Below, piece by piece: positions 25,084 to 38,800 of a stretch of 64,000 nt of DNA (position 1 is the stretch's first letter; the number at the start of each line of letters is the position of its first letter). The position numbers and the translations under genes are program-made. The notes under the pieces were generated by a model. It made no database searches and was not told the origin of the DNA. It was given only the letters and a program-made list of their open reading frames with translations. This DNA comes from Camelus dromedarius (taxonomy: Eukaryota): positions 42,534,001-42,598,000 of the forward strand of contig NC_087447.1 of NCBI RefSeq assembly GCF_036321535.1. The letters run 5' to 3'.

Positions 25084-25829
25084 TGACTTGGGGACCAGCA
25101 GTGGATGAGCCAGCAGGGGAAACCCCTCACCTCTGCAGCTCTTGTAGTGCCACTCATGTTGGTAAAAGAACTTCTACCCTCACCCCCACCCCCACCCGCT
25201 GGCCTGGTGTCACATCACCCACTCTCTGAAATGCATTTCAGATCCTTAAAAAACAGGTAACATCAGGTCTTCCCCAGAGCTGATCAGTTTTATCTGGCTG
25301 TAAAATGTCCTTTTGTCTAGCTTCTGCAAAGGAGAAGAGGCGCTTTAGTATCTTTTGGTCCCACTCAGTTTAGGGGCAGAAACAGCATGTTGATCAGGAG
25401 ATCCCTAGCTACCAGAGCAGGACTGATCCTATGCCTCCCTGAGGCAGCTTGCATCCTCGCTCTGGAGTCTGAGTGCCAGGGTCCTGCCTTCCCTTGAGGC
25501 TCTGGTGGCTCCATCTTGTCCATGGCTTTGGGTGGTTTGGCATTGTGACCTGCCAAGCTTTAGAGCTGCACTAAGAGCCCATCTCATTTGGAGCCGCAAG
25601 TTCCCTCTGGAAAGATGTTTGCAGAGGGATATTTTGAGCCCTTATAGCTCCAGGTCTGGGAGCCCTGAAGTCTGGACTCTGCCATTCTGTGTTCTGGGCC
25701 ACTGGAGATTAGCTCAGCGTCAGGAGCTCTGAAGTCAGGAACTGGCTGGAGACTGAACTCTCATAAGAGGAGGCTGCTCCTGGTGATGGAAACTGTGGCA
25801 TGTTGGAGCTGGCAGGGCTCTTCAGGCAG

Positions 25830-25975
25830 CTCTGAGCCAGTCCCATCCTTCATGTTACTGATGGGGACACTGAGGCCCAGGGGAATTGGGAAAGGGATTG
25901 TGGACACGATCACACAGTTAGCCTGCAGGTGAAAGAAAGTCAGATCCTCACTCCGGCTCTGCGCCTGGCCCCACA
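25830..25975. mobile_element. MIR fragment
   Basis: ctgatggggacactgaggcccagg...gatcacacagttag. Confidence 0.6.
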
Positions 25976-27349
25976 TCTCTCCTATTCACTCAGCCTCCTG
26001 GTGTCCCTCTTTGGTTGGGTGAGAAATCCTAATCTTTATGGTCCTCTGTGTGCACAAAAGGCAAAACTCCTGCCTCTTCCATCAGAGGAGATGTGCTCCT
26101 AGTCAGGTTCACAGCAAGTGGTGCTGGCAGTCCATCCATAAAGCCTTTCTGTCTGTCCATGTTCGTATTTTCCCAGAGACAGACAGCCATCTCTCTCTCC
26201 CTCTCTCTCTCTGCCCTACATCATGGGAGGCCAAAAGACTACCTCTCTGAAACATCTCTCTGCCAATTCCTCTGTACCACATCCTCACTGTATTAAATAT
26301 TCCATTTACAGTACTGGAATTCACACATGTTGGTATCTTGCTTGGGGTAAAAAATGTTCACTTTTTCACTGTGTCCTTTGGTTACTGTATGCTCTCTAGG
26401 GGTAGAAACCATGCCACGGTTTCTTTTGGATAAAGTACACATTTAGTAAATGATGTTGAATGACAAGTGGCAAGAGTTTGGTTATTCTTAGCTGTAGGGT
26501 TTGACTTATCACTGATGCAATTTAATTGCCAACATTTTAGAGTGAAAAGTCTACTATTTAGTTTAAAATAATGATTGACTAGCATTGCTGCTTTATACAT
26601 TTATATTGGTTTTAAAATAACCTGTGATTATTGTTATAAAAAGTCAATACAAAACAATACAAAAAGTGTGTAAAGTGAAAAAGTAAAGACCCTCCTATTC
26701 CTTTATCCACAGGCAATCACTGTTAACAGGGGGCATATATTCTTCGTACTGTCATTTTAAACCCTAGAAGGATTTGATCTTTTGAATACTTGTAGTATTT
26801 ATAAACCTAGTGAGTAAGGACGTCCCTGTTTAGTTTGACTTTCTTGTTACAGGCATTCAGAAATGGAAACTTTCTTTTAAGAAGGAAAAGGAGAGAAAAT
26901 AGGGGTTACAAGGATTCAAAGATATAGATCTTCAAAGACATAACTCCTTTGTGTATGTTTTCTGCCTTAGTAGTTTTTAAGCCTCTTGGGTCCAACCTGT
27001 GGTATCATTTGTATTGTGATGATCACTAGCATTACTGCCCCGTTTGAGTTCAGGGATCGGGGACTGGTTTGTCCCGAATGAACAGAATTTTATCCTCCGC
27101 ACAGTTTCTTCTGCCAAAATATTGGAAAAATGGAAGTATGGGCCCTGAATAAGTATTTTTTAAAATAATGTGATTCAGAAGTGGCATTAGGTAAATGTTT
27201 TATTCTAAATGATCTTTGCTTATATCCAAGATTTCGAGAGGGGTTGTTTCAGTGGTCAGTATTCATTATATGGTCCGTACTTCTCAGTTTAAGGATTGGA
27301 ATCAGGTTTAATGGGGATAAATCTAGACTTGGCCTTTGTATTTTCCTTT

Positions 27350-30300
27350 TTTTCACTTTTTATTTTGAAATAATTTTAGACTTCAGAAAATTTGCAAAAA
27401 TAGTGCAGAATTCACATCTGTCACTTATCTTACTCTGCTGTTAACAGCTTATATAACCATAGTACAGTATCAAAACCAGGAAATTAACATTGGCACAATA
27501 TTATTAACTAAAGTATAGACCTTATTCAGGTGTCACCAATTTTTCCCTAATGTTCTATTTTTTTTTTCTTCCAGAATTTGACTCAAAGTCCCACATTACA
27601 TTTATCTGTTGTTTCCTTTGTGTCTTCCAATTTGTGACAGTTCCTCAGTCTTTCCTGGCCTTTCATGACATTGACACTGATACATTGATGAGAATTGTTC
27701 AGTTCTTTTGTCTGTCTTAAGTTTCCACATGATAAGAAGTGATGTGGTAGGAACAGACATGGTAAGAGAATGTTCTGTTTTCTCGTGATAAAATTGAGGT
27801 TATGCATTTGTGTACAAAAGTGCAGCTTTCTGCAAAGCTGCTACTGAAGTGCTGTTGTGTGCTCTTCAGTGCATCTGGGGCACACGATGTCAACATGTCT
27901 TACTACAGGGGACGTTAATCTTGATCATCTAGTTTAGATGGTGTAGTCTGGGTTTCTCCACTACAAAGTTACTCTTTTTCCCTTTCTTGGGGCAGGTACC
28001 TTCAGCTTATGCTAATATCCTGTTCTCAAACCTTTGTCCACTAATGTTAGCATCCAACTGCGGATCTTGCCTGCAGCAATTATTACTGTGATTTGTGCCT
28101 CTTGATAGTTTTGTATTTCCCTTGTTCTTTATACGTCTATGAGTTGGAATTCTTCTGTAAGGAAGATCTGTCCCTTCTCCTCCATTTACTTATGCATTGA
28201 TTTATGTGTTTATGTATTTATGCCAGTATACACTCATGGGTATTTATTTAATTCTATAGTTATTTATTTTTGGCTCAACTTGTTCCAGCTTTAGCCATTG
28301 GGAGCTCCTTCACATTGTCTCCTGTATTCTTTTGACATGCCACCATCCTCTTTTGAGAAATTCCTAATTTTTTGGCACCACAAAATTCTCCAGACTCATC
28401 TTGTATTTTCTGCTCCCCAAGCCTGGAATCAACCACTTCTCCAAGGATCCCTGGTTTTCCTTTAACTGGAAAATGGTGTGTAGAAACTAAGACCTGGATG
28501 CTTGGTGTTTTCATTGTTGCTGGAGTGTCATTACTCCTAGGCCCTCTCAGTGGTCATAGCTAGGAAATCTATTTATGTATGCTAATCCATACATACACAC
28601 TTATCTACATTTATTCCTTATATCTATCCACTTCTACATATGTTAAAAACAGCAAGTTACACTCATACTTCAGATTGCAAAGCAATATGACAGGATTTAT
28701 AAGTGTTTTCTCCAACAGTGAGAAACCTGGCTCTCATTATCTGAAGTATATTAACCTGTTTGTTCAATCCTAGTGTTCACATAAAATATTTACAGAATTA
28801 CTAATCCATAATTCTGTGAGTTAAACAGATTTAATAATTAGGGTACAGTATTTGTATGCAACTATTTTTGTTTTTAGCCTTAACAACATCCAAAGATATT
28901 GTTTTTCAAAGTTACTTAGAATAGTTCTTTTCTTCCCCATCCACTTCAGTATGGTTATGTAATTCATTTATGATATAGTTAGATTCATTTGTTTCTCTCT
29001 GTATTCTGTTTTTTATGCATCCCCTCACCCCTGCCCCTGCTTCTTGGTTGATTGTGTATATGTATGTATGTACATATGTATTCATGTGTGTAAAACCACC
29101 ATGGTTCTGAAAGTCGAAGCTATACAAAAGCTCAGAGAAGTGTTACTCCCTCCTCCTATTCCTATCCTGGCCCCATTCTTCCTTATTTCCACCCCTTCTC
29201 TCACACACAAATCTCTGTAGTTTCTGGTTTATCCTTCCTGTAATTTTTTTGCACAAATAAACAGCTAACTATGTATTTTCTTTTTAACTACTTTGCTGCA
29301 TTATAATTTACATAGCAAAAAAATTCACCAGTTCTAAGTAAGTGTACAAATCAGTTATTTGGGTAAATTACTTGAGTTGTACAGTCATCACATAATACAG
29401 TTTTCAGGCATTTTCCTTATCTCAGTAACATCCTTGTTCCCAGCCCCAGCTCCAGGCAACCACTAATCTACTTCCTGTCTCTACAGATTTGCATTTTCTG
29501 GACTTTTCATATAAATGGAATCATACAATATGCAGTCTTTAGTGTTTGACTTCTTTCACTTAGCATAATGTTTCTGCGGTTCATCCATGTTGTATCCTGT
29601 ACTGGTGTTTCATTCTTTTTTATTGTTGACTAGTATTCCATGGGCATTTGGGTTGTTTCTACTTTGGGGCTACTATAAATAAAAATGTTGCTTTGAATAT
29701 TCACCTGGAAATCTATATAGACTTGATTTTGCATTTCTCTTGGATATACACCTAGGAGTGGAATTTCTGGATCATATGGTAAATTTATGTTTAAGCTTTT
29801 AAGGAACTGCCAAGGAACTTTCCAAAGTGACTGTACCATCTCGTGTTACCATCAGCAACGTATAAGGATTCCCATTTCTTTACATCTTTGCCAACATTTG
29901 TCATTGCTTTTTTTTTATTATAATTGTTCTAGAGAGCATGAAATGGTATCTCATTGTGATTATAATTTGAATTTCTTGAGCAATTAATGATATGCATTTT
30001 TTCATGTGCTTATTAGCTATTAGCATATTGTCTTTGGTAAAATATCTATTCAACTCTTTTGCCTATCCTAAAATTCAGTTGTTTGTCTTCTTCTTACTGA
30101 ATTGTAAGTGTTCTTTAAAACTCCTTTATGAGGTATGTGATTTGCAAATATTTTCTACCAATTTGTGACCTGTCTTCATTTTATTAGCAGTATCTCTTGA
30201 AGTGCAAAAGTCTTAAAATTTCATAAAGTCTAATTTATTAATTTTTAAATTTATGGATTGTGTGTTTGGTGTTGTATCCAAAAACTTTTACCAAACCCAA

Positions 30301-31110
30301 GGTCTCAAATATTTTTCTCATAAAAGCTTTATATTTTCTCTTAAAAGCTTTCTAGTTTTAGCTCTTACATTTAGGCCTCTGATCCATTTTGTGATTTTTG
30401 TGTATGGTGTGAGGTAAGGGCCTAAATCAATCTTTTTGTGTATGGATATCAATTGTCTCAACATTTGTTGAAAAGACTGTCATTTCTCCCACTAAATTGC
30501 CTTAGCCCTTTTGTCTAAAATCAAGTGACCATAAATATAAGAGTTTATTTCTGGACTCGTGATTCTGTTCCAGTGTTCTATTTGTCTGCCTCTATGCCTG
30601 TATCACACATTGTCTTGATAACTGTAGCTTCATAGTAAGTGAAAATCCTCCAAATCTGTTTTTCTTTTCCAAAATTGTTTTGGCTCTTCTGAGTCTTTTG
30701 CATTTCTATATAAATTTTAGGGTTAGCTTCTCAAGTTCTGCAAAAAATGTGTGCTGGAATTTCAAATGTGTGTGTTTTTATATCCCCTTATTTTTATACG
30801 AAGATAACATACTATGGATACTCTTTTGCATCTTGATTTTTTTAAAGCTTATTAGGGTATCTTAAAAATCACTCCAAGTCAGTTCATAGAGCTCTTTCTC
30901 ATTGTTTCTTTTTAACAGCTGCATAGTATTCCACCAAGTAAATTACCTTAATTCCTCAACTACTTGTTATGTATGAGCATTGAAGTTGTCTCCAGTATTT
31001 CATAATTACAAATACTGCAGTGAATAACCTTATGCGTATTTATTTTACTGTTGTTGGAGATGTATCTTCAGCGTAGATTCCCAGAAGTGGGGTGGGTGGT
31101 TAAAAGGTAA
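27350..31110 (-). mobile_element. Nested cluster of antisense L1 fragments in intron 2; a longer piece at ~29290-30750 is inserted in older L1MC/ME-like sequence
   Basis: Minus ORF remnant QSLWKVPWQFLKSLNINLPYDPEIPLLGVYPREM plus many L1 3'UTR motifs. Confidence 0.82.
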
Positions 31111-31139
31111 ATGCATATATCTCCACATTAAAGAAATAG

Positions 31140-31370
<231 letters not shown>

Positions 31371-34109
31371 TGATGAAAACATATTCATTAAAATAAAAAT
31401 GGATCAGAGACTTGTGTTTCCTGGCTCCCTAGAAATCACATTCCTTGATAGAAAACCAGGTTAAGTATTTTAGTTTTTATGTTATCATTCATAATATAAA
31501 TCCTCCATTAGTCCAAGGAGGTGGGTGGACAGCGTCATTACTACTCACTGACTTTCTACTATTGACTTGTTACCTCTAAGCTCTTTGGTCTTATGTTAAA
31601 AGGGTCTTGACTTATAGACATTTCTTTAATCCTGTAAGTGTCTCTATTCCAGAATCATGTAAAACTACTTGTCCTGAAGATTCCACATGTGTGCTTGGAT
31701 CTCAGCCAGGTAGACATCTTCTATTTTCCTGAAAGAGAGAGAAATTTAAACAGAAACCTTCCATTAACATCCTCCTAGTATTCCACAAAGCAGAAACATC
31801 TGTTAGATTTTTAGTCTCTGAGTTAGGGACAGCAAAGAGCATTGTTTACATTGGTTCCTTATGCCAGGAATAAAGCAGAATTTAAAAATAGCTAGCAATT
31901 GGATAGGGTTAGATGTTGGATAGTCTTAGAGAATGCAGCACACCGGGAATGCCTGTATTTGTGGTCTATTTTCACTTTGAGGCTGGTGTTATCAGTGATG
32001 CAGGAGGACATCATGGGGGACAGAGGACATCAGATTCCTTTGACATTGATGACCCTTCATGTAGTTGACCCATGCCCACTTGGCTGACCAAGGAGCAACT
32101 TGAGCCAGGCCTTGACTCAGTGGGGACAGCTGTTCAAATGCTCCCTTGCTGTGCAGTGGGAACAGCCACTTGATCAAATGCTTTGAGATCAGCATAAAAG
32201 TCACTAAATGACCACAGGCAGAACTTGTAGTTTGAGTGATGGGGAAGGAGAATTTTTCCATTTGGGACTCAGCCCTGCTAGGACGTTTATCATGTCACCT
32301 GGGGCCTCATCCTGATGTAGACTCAGTCCCTCCCTGTCTGTGCCATGTGTGAGAGGTCAAGCATTGGTCAGACCACTTGGCCTTCCAAGCCTGCAGCTAT
32401 TAGGAAGAGCTGGTTGAGGGCTGGGGAATCACTAGCCCCTTTGCAGACTTTCTAGGCCATCAATGCCACAAAAAGACACATTAGGGAGATAATCCTGGGA
32501 GCAGCAATAAATTGAGATTAATTAAAAACTTAAAAAAGGAAAAAGAAAAAGAAGTAACTTTTAGTGTGTAATTTGTCGAGAAGCATAAAGTATATTTTTT
32601 GGTGTTTTTTTTTTTTTAACCATTTTCTGGGGGAAATCACTCATTTCCCTTTGATTAGCCAACAGTGGCATTTTGAGGATTTGTACCGGCTGGCAGACCC
32701 AGTCATCACCCCTTGTGCTCAAACCCACAGCCTAGGGGAAGTGTGAGCTTCCTAAGAACTACAAGTGGAACCATCTAGAAGTTAAGGACCTGGGCTGGGT
32801 TGGGTGGGGTGGTTCTGAGTAAAGACTTGCTCAGACATCCTGAGGCCCCAAGTCCTTCCTAGCCTGGCAGCTAACACATATTCCAGCAGACTAGCTCCAT
32901 TTCCCCTCCTTGGGGTCTCTTTGTGGGTTTTGTAGTGAGGATCTGCCTTGCAGAAAGACCCTGAGCACCTGTTGAGTACATCTGAAGGGGCTAAGGATTC
33001 TATGAAAAGAAAGGCACGAGAAAGTAACGTGGCCCATTGAGAAGAGCAGGACCAGCATACATGGAGACTTCTCTGCCACTTGGACTTGAAAGAGCTGAAG
33101 CATTTGGTGACAAGAAAGAAGCTCAGAGCCAAAACTGTTTAGAAGTGGCAGTTTCCTGTGTTCTCTGGGATGACCCTTACGTTTCCTCAGCCCCCTGACT
33201 GCACATTAGCTGCCAGTATATTAACCAGGATATGCAGAAAACAAACACCACTTAGCTCTAGATTACTCCAAGATCCTGAATACCTGTGAGCCTGAAAAAC
33301 AAAATGCAGCGCTTCTACACAGCTCACCCCACCTGAACTCAGTTTCTATTTATCCAACGTCTGGGAGTGCAACAGCACAGTGGGAGCTAGGAGGTCTGGG
33401 CTCGTTATATCAGTGTGGGGAGGTGGGGTCCAGACGTCAGGGCTCCATCGTGCAGCCAGGGTTGTGAAACACTGTTCTACAGTCTGGAGCAACTCAGCAG
33501 TCTACTGATACACATCTGTGCCTACTGATACACACACACACACTTTTCTGTGAACTCAGAGGGCATCACCCAACTTAATGATACATTTCTGATTGCTTTG
33601 GAGAAAAGGAATAGGGGATTAAACACGGGGTGGGGTGGGGCAGCTCAGAAGGGAGCACCCTTTACTCAGAACCAGGCAGGATTTGGTGTCCAGGGAAACA
33701 GATCTCTTCTGTGCACTCCAGTCCTCACTGTGGAACACCGAGGCCAGATGTGTTCCAGTGCAGCTCACCCTCTGGAATGTTCTCCCTTCGCCCTTTGGCA
33801 CAGAGGAGGGCACGTTTGTTAGGCTTTAGGGGATGGCTTGAGTCCCATCAGTTTAGAAAGGCATCTGCTGGATAGTGTGGGAGGACGGATGACTGAGATC
33901 TGAAGCTTGAAACCAGATAACAGATATTTAAATGTGAATGTTCTTGTTACGGATGCCCCTAGGAGCTGGTGATAGGCACTTGGGAAATTGGGCTGGAGAA
34001 AATAAATTGTTGTTATATCAGCCTTCTCCTAGAGCCTCTGTCAGTCTGGGACTTTTCTGGAAGTTTCCTCTTCTTTAGCTCTGGTGATGCTTTGCTCTCC
34101 TGTTGGTTT

Positions 34110-35465
34110 GTTCATGCATTGAAGAGTTAGTATGTGCCTGCAGGTTCTGGGCCTATGCTAAATAGAACTAAAATCTCTGTCCTTAAGGAGTCTGCAATCT
34201 AGTGTAGATGGGTAGGTAAAAGATTTTGAGGGGTCAAAAAGTACAAATTTTAAAAAAGAGAATTTTGAGGATGTGCTGCGGTAAATGTATTGATGGAGCC
34301 ATGCACAGGGTAGTATGTGACACAGTGGAAGGAAGGTCTCCTAACCCTACTCTGGGGCATAGCCCTGGGGCCAGGCTCCCTCCCTTCCTGCTGATGGCTC
34401 CTTTTCTGGAGCTCCTGCTGTCTCCTCTACCTCCTCCTACCCGCAGTGTTCTCCAAATTCGACCTCTGACTATCTCCTTTCTCTCCTCCTCTCCCTTCCT
34501 ACACTCCTGCTTTTGACTTTCTCATCTGCATCCACCACTTTATCAGGCCACCACATGTAAATGGTTTTCAAAGCTATCTTTCTAACACCAGGCTCAGGTT
34601 TCCCACAGCCTGCTGGACATTGCCCTGAATGTCAGCATCTCACATATATCACCTCTCTGCTGTGGTGGGGACCAAATGCATCTCCACCCCCATTTCTATC
34701 CCCAGTGCAGATCTTGCCCTTGTTTCTCAGCCACCCTACCCCATGTCCACACGGCTCCCAGCCCTGCAGGCACTGTGTCCACTGTTCTATGTCTTCCGTC
34801 CTAGGCATCCTCACTGCCAGTCCTCCACTCCAGTCCCCTACTAGTGCCAGCTGTGGCTTTTACAGGCACACGTGTAAAGCTGGACTCCCAGGCTTTCAGT
34901 TCTTCCCTTTCCCTGTGTCTTACCCTCAGCTGCTGCCTTATTCTTCTCAACATGAGGGGCCAACCATGTCACCCCTGCTCCAGTGGTTCCCACCTGCTTC
35001 TGAAATGAAGTAAGAACTTCTTTGCCTGGTATTCAAGGTCCTCCACAGTGCGACCCCAGTCTGTCTTCCCAGCTCTGGCTCCTGTACATTCCCTGAATGT
35101 ACTGGGCGTCAGCCAAATTGAATGACCCACCATTAACCTGAACATACTCTGTGCCCCCCCAGCCTTCATGCTATGCTCCTGCCCTTTCTTCTGCCTAGAA
35201 TTCCTTCTCCTTATTTATAATTGAAGAAACCCTGCAGGGCTCATCCTTCATCAGCATTCCCATAAAACCTGCATCCTGCTACCCACAGCTGGATGTGACC
35301 TCTTTCCTTTGTACCTTATCTCGCAATTACTTGTACAGTTGTCTCTCCCTCTGCTGAAGGAGATGCTCATAGAGTGAAGGAATTGGACCTTCATCTGTCT
35401 TCCTGTCTCCTCTGGCACGTGCTTTGGGAAGAGAAGGTGTTCAATAAATACTTACTGAACTGATT
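34110..35465. mobile_element. L2 fragments
   Basis: Pyrimidine-rich L2 body ending ggtgttcaataaatacttactgaa. Confidence 0.65.
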
Positions 35466-35681
35466 ATCTTGTGTCCAGATGGAGTGCCTGTTAAAGGGAT
35501 CCCCAGACCCCTGAGGGTTGGGTAATCACCTGGGACCCCATTGGTTTCAATTCTGAGAGCTGTGATGCAGGGACCTGCAGAGGGACCTTGTCTCTGCTTA
35601 GCAGGAGTCCCTGAGCTGCTGGGTGGGGGGCGGTGTGTGAAGCGGTCACAAAAGCAAAGGCTAAGCCTTCTCCCCCTCCAG

Positions 35682-35816
35682 ATGTGGACGAGTGCCTAGA
35701 GAACAATGGCGGCTGCCAGCACACCTGTGTCAACGTCATGGGGAGCTACAAATGCCGCTGCAAGGAGGGGTTTTTCCTGAGTGACAATCAGCACACGTGC
35801 ATCCACCGCTCAGAAG
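35682..35816 (+). CDS. SCUBE2: SCUBE2 exon 4 (EGF3)
   Basis: Acceptor tccccctccag|; [45 protein letters not shown]; donor gtacct; 135 nt. Confidence 0.96.
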
Positions 35817-38800
35817 GTACCTCTGCTCTGCTGTGGGTGGGGGGCAGGGTCACATCTGAGAATCCCCCGACCTCAGTGACTCTAGAGGGGAAGCAGTGGG
35901 TATAGAAAGCCTGAGGACGAGTGGGCAAGCTATTTTTGCTGCAACTTCCTCACCTGGCAAGACAAGCGAGTTGGCCTGGGTGAGCTCTGAGGTCTCTTCA
36001 AACTCTCACATTCTCTGATCCTAATCTCTAAACAGAGTACATTTCAAACATGACTAGATGTCTCAGGAGAAAGGCCATGGATGATCTGCCAAGTTTTTCA
36101 AAAAGGTGCTGCAAGCCACAGCACCAAGTGCAAGCCTGCTCTGATCTCTGGGTGGGTAGGGAGGGGGCTGGAGCCTTCCTGTGGAGACTCAGTGAATTGC
36201 CCCATTTTCAGCCCCGGTCGACCTGGCCTTCCCTGTGTTGGGCATTTTTCAACTCTGAGCCTCTGGGATTCCAGAGGGCAGGTAGACCCCTCCCTAGACT
36301 GGGGGTCTCTGTACTATGGTTTCCTTCACCCATGTTGGCACTTACCTTTCCTCCATAAGTTTGCAGAAAACTCTTCTCTTCTAATGGCTTCATTCTCCCT
36401 GCTTTGAGTTTATACCTGTGTTATTCTTCTATTAGTTCAGTGGGTTCTCAGGAGGGAGAAGCATTAAGTACTTGTGGCCAATCAGCTACTTTTAACTCGA
36501 TGATGTGCCTTTAATTCTTCTCTGCTCTTTCTTAAGCCAAAGAGCCGTGTTTTGATGGCTGGCTGTCTCCCAAGGTTGCGTGGGCCTGTTTTTAAGGGAA
36601 GTGCCCAAAATACTAGACCATTAACTCCTTTTAACATGTGCTGCTTGTTCATTCTCATCACTTAAGAGTGGGGTGATTTTAAGTTCTTCTACTATTTGAT
36701 CACAGATTTGTAGATTCATTGTTTTAATCATGGTTTTAGTGACTTTTCAAGGGTTTCTTTGTGGAAGATGACTTTTGCCTCATTTTCCAAGAACGATGGC
36801 TCCTTCCTTATACCTAACCAGAAAGCCTATTCGGGTGCTAAGAAGAACGGTCAGAGAAAGGATGAGTTGGGTGGCCCTAATCACCCCAGCCTACTCACTG
36901 TCAGTGTTTGAGCTGGGTGGTCACGGACTCCAGCTCTAATCGGGTGGATCTCTTATCTCATGCAGATATGGCCCTTGATTGGGTACCAGTCAGGTTTCGT
37001 TCTCATTCTCCTGCCAGGTTCTCTGGACTCTTTGGTGAACTCTGCATCTGATCTGAGAATTAAGATGCCAGCAACACGAATGATCCAGATCTCAGGGCCT
37101 CTCCTCTTTGATTGCTCAAAGCTGCTTCCTGGGAAGTCCCTCTGACTTTCTGTTCAGATGGCAGGGAGGGAGGTGGGACTCTGTAGGTCAGGCCATTGCT
37201 TGAACACCCCCAGTGTGCATCGTGCCCCTCATGAAGCCACTCTTCATCAGCTCTTACCCTTGCTCTTCCAGAGCAGTGGCTCAGCCCCTGTCTCCTGTCC
37301 CGCAAGCCCCCTGGACTGATTACAGACACAGAGTCTGTGTCTGTATTTACCAGAAGTAAATACAAGAGCAATTCCTTTCTGCAGTCTGTGTTTTCTAAAT
37401 TTTCTACACTTCAGACATTCTTAGAACCCCTGAAGAGCATTTAAAAATGAGCATATACGTCTGGAGCTAAAAACCAAAATCCAAGAATTTGAGTTGTGGT
37501 CTGGAAGCGTTCTCTGTGATTTTCTGTTGTGTTTCGACCTGATTGCTTGGCGAATTCATGGCGGGGGCGGGGGCCAGCGGATTAGAGTGGTCTGTAACTG
37601 ACCCTTGTATCTTAGGGTTTTAACTCTTCAAATAGAGCCATCTGTAAACAGTGTTCCTTTAGAATTTTCTCCTTTATATGCACATTAAACCCTTAGAAAT
37701 TGTATTAAAATAGACTTTAAAACCCACAGTTGATTCTCTGAAAGTGGTTGAAAGAAGGCAAACACTGCAGGTTAGTATTTGCTAGTGTTGCTGTTGCTGT
37801 TTTTAATAATTATTTACTAAGTTTTCTTCAATATAGGGGATCATAATAGCTGATTCTTGGGAAACACAAGTTATTGGTTTTTTTCATCCTTCAAGACCCC
37901 AAAGCCCTGCTAAAGAGACTGTGTGTTCTCACCCATGTAATGGGGGTAGGCTGGAGAGAGACGCACCACCCCTGCCAGCCTTTGTCCCTATTCATGGGTG
38001 CTCAGGCTCTAAAAATGAGCATCCCCCTTTTGTTTTGTCTTCTCTGAGAATATTTTTAGATGTTTGCACCGCTGCCTTTTCAAAGACATGGGGAAGGCAG
38101 CAGGGCAATGAGGAAGCGGCTGTGCTCTTAGCAGGGGCTGTTTCCCCCTTCCCTTGCCCTGTTTGCTAGGCATAGTTTTATTTGGTTTCCAGAAATATTC
38201 TTCAGTGAAACCCTGAGTCTGGGGACCACCAGAATTGGGTATTTCTCATGTTTCTGAACTGTTAACCTCCTGGTGAACTAACAACCCTAAACACGACTGC
38301 CAGGCTAGTTTCTAGGGGGAGACTGGAACCTCCCAGTTTGGACCAGATCCATCTGCCTCCCCTGGCAGTGGCCTTGTTTTGAGTCAGGTTACTGTGAAAA
38401 GCCTTGAGGTCACCTCTTGAAAAGCCCTTAGCATTTCCAGAGCCGTTTAAACCTCCACTATCTCCTGGTAACTTTAGGTCTTGCTTGATACGATGTGACA
38501 ACAGGGGGCAACTTCTTTGTGTATCCCCATGGTATTTGGCACACCATCAGTTCTTATGAAATATTTCTTGTGTAAATGAATTGCTCTGAGGCAGTAAAGG
38601 TCACTTTGCAAATGTCTTAACAGACTTGTAAACAGAGTGAAGAAGAAGAAGAGGAAGAAGCAGCTGGCCTGTTTGGGAGTATACTTTGCACGTGTTACTG
38701 CTGCCTTTTCTTGGGCCCTGTTATGTTTCTCCCTAGGTGCTCCTGGAGCTTGTTATTTCAAATGCTCTGCTGATGCAAGGACAAATGTAATGCTTGCTGG

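Noticed and set aside
33501..33545. Direct repeat ctactgatacaca next to a short (CA)n
   Set aside because: A simple local duplication or slippage event with no further structure.
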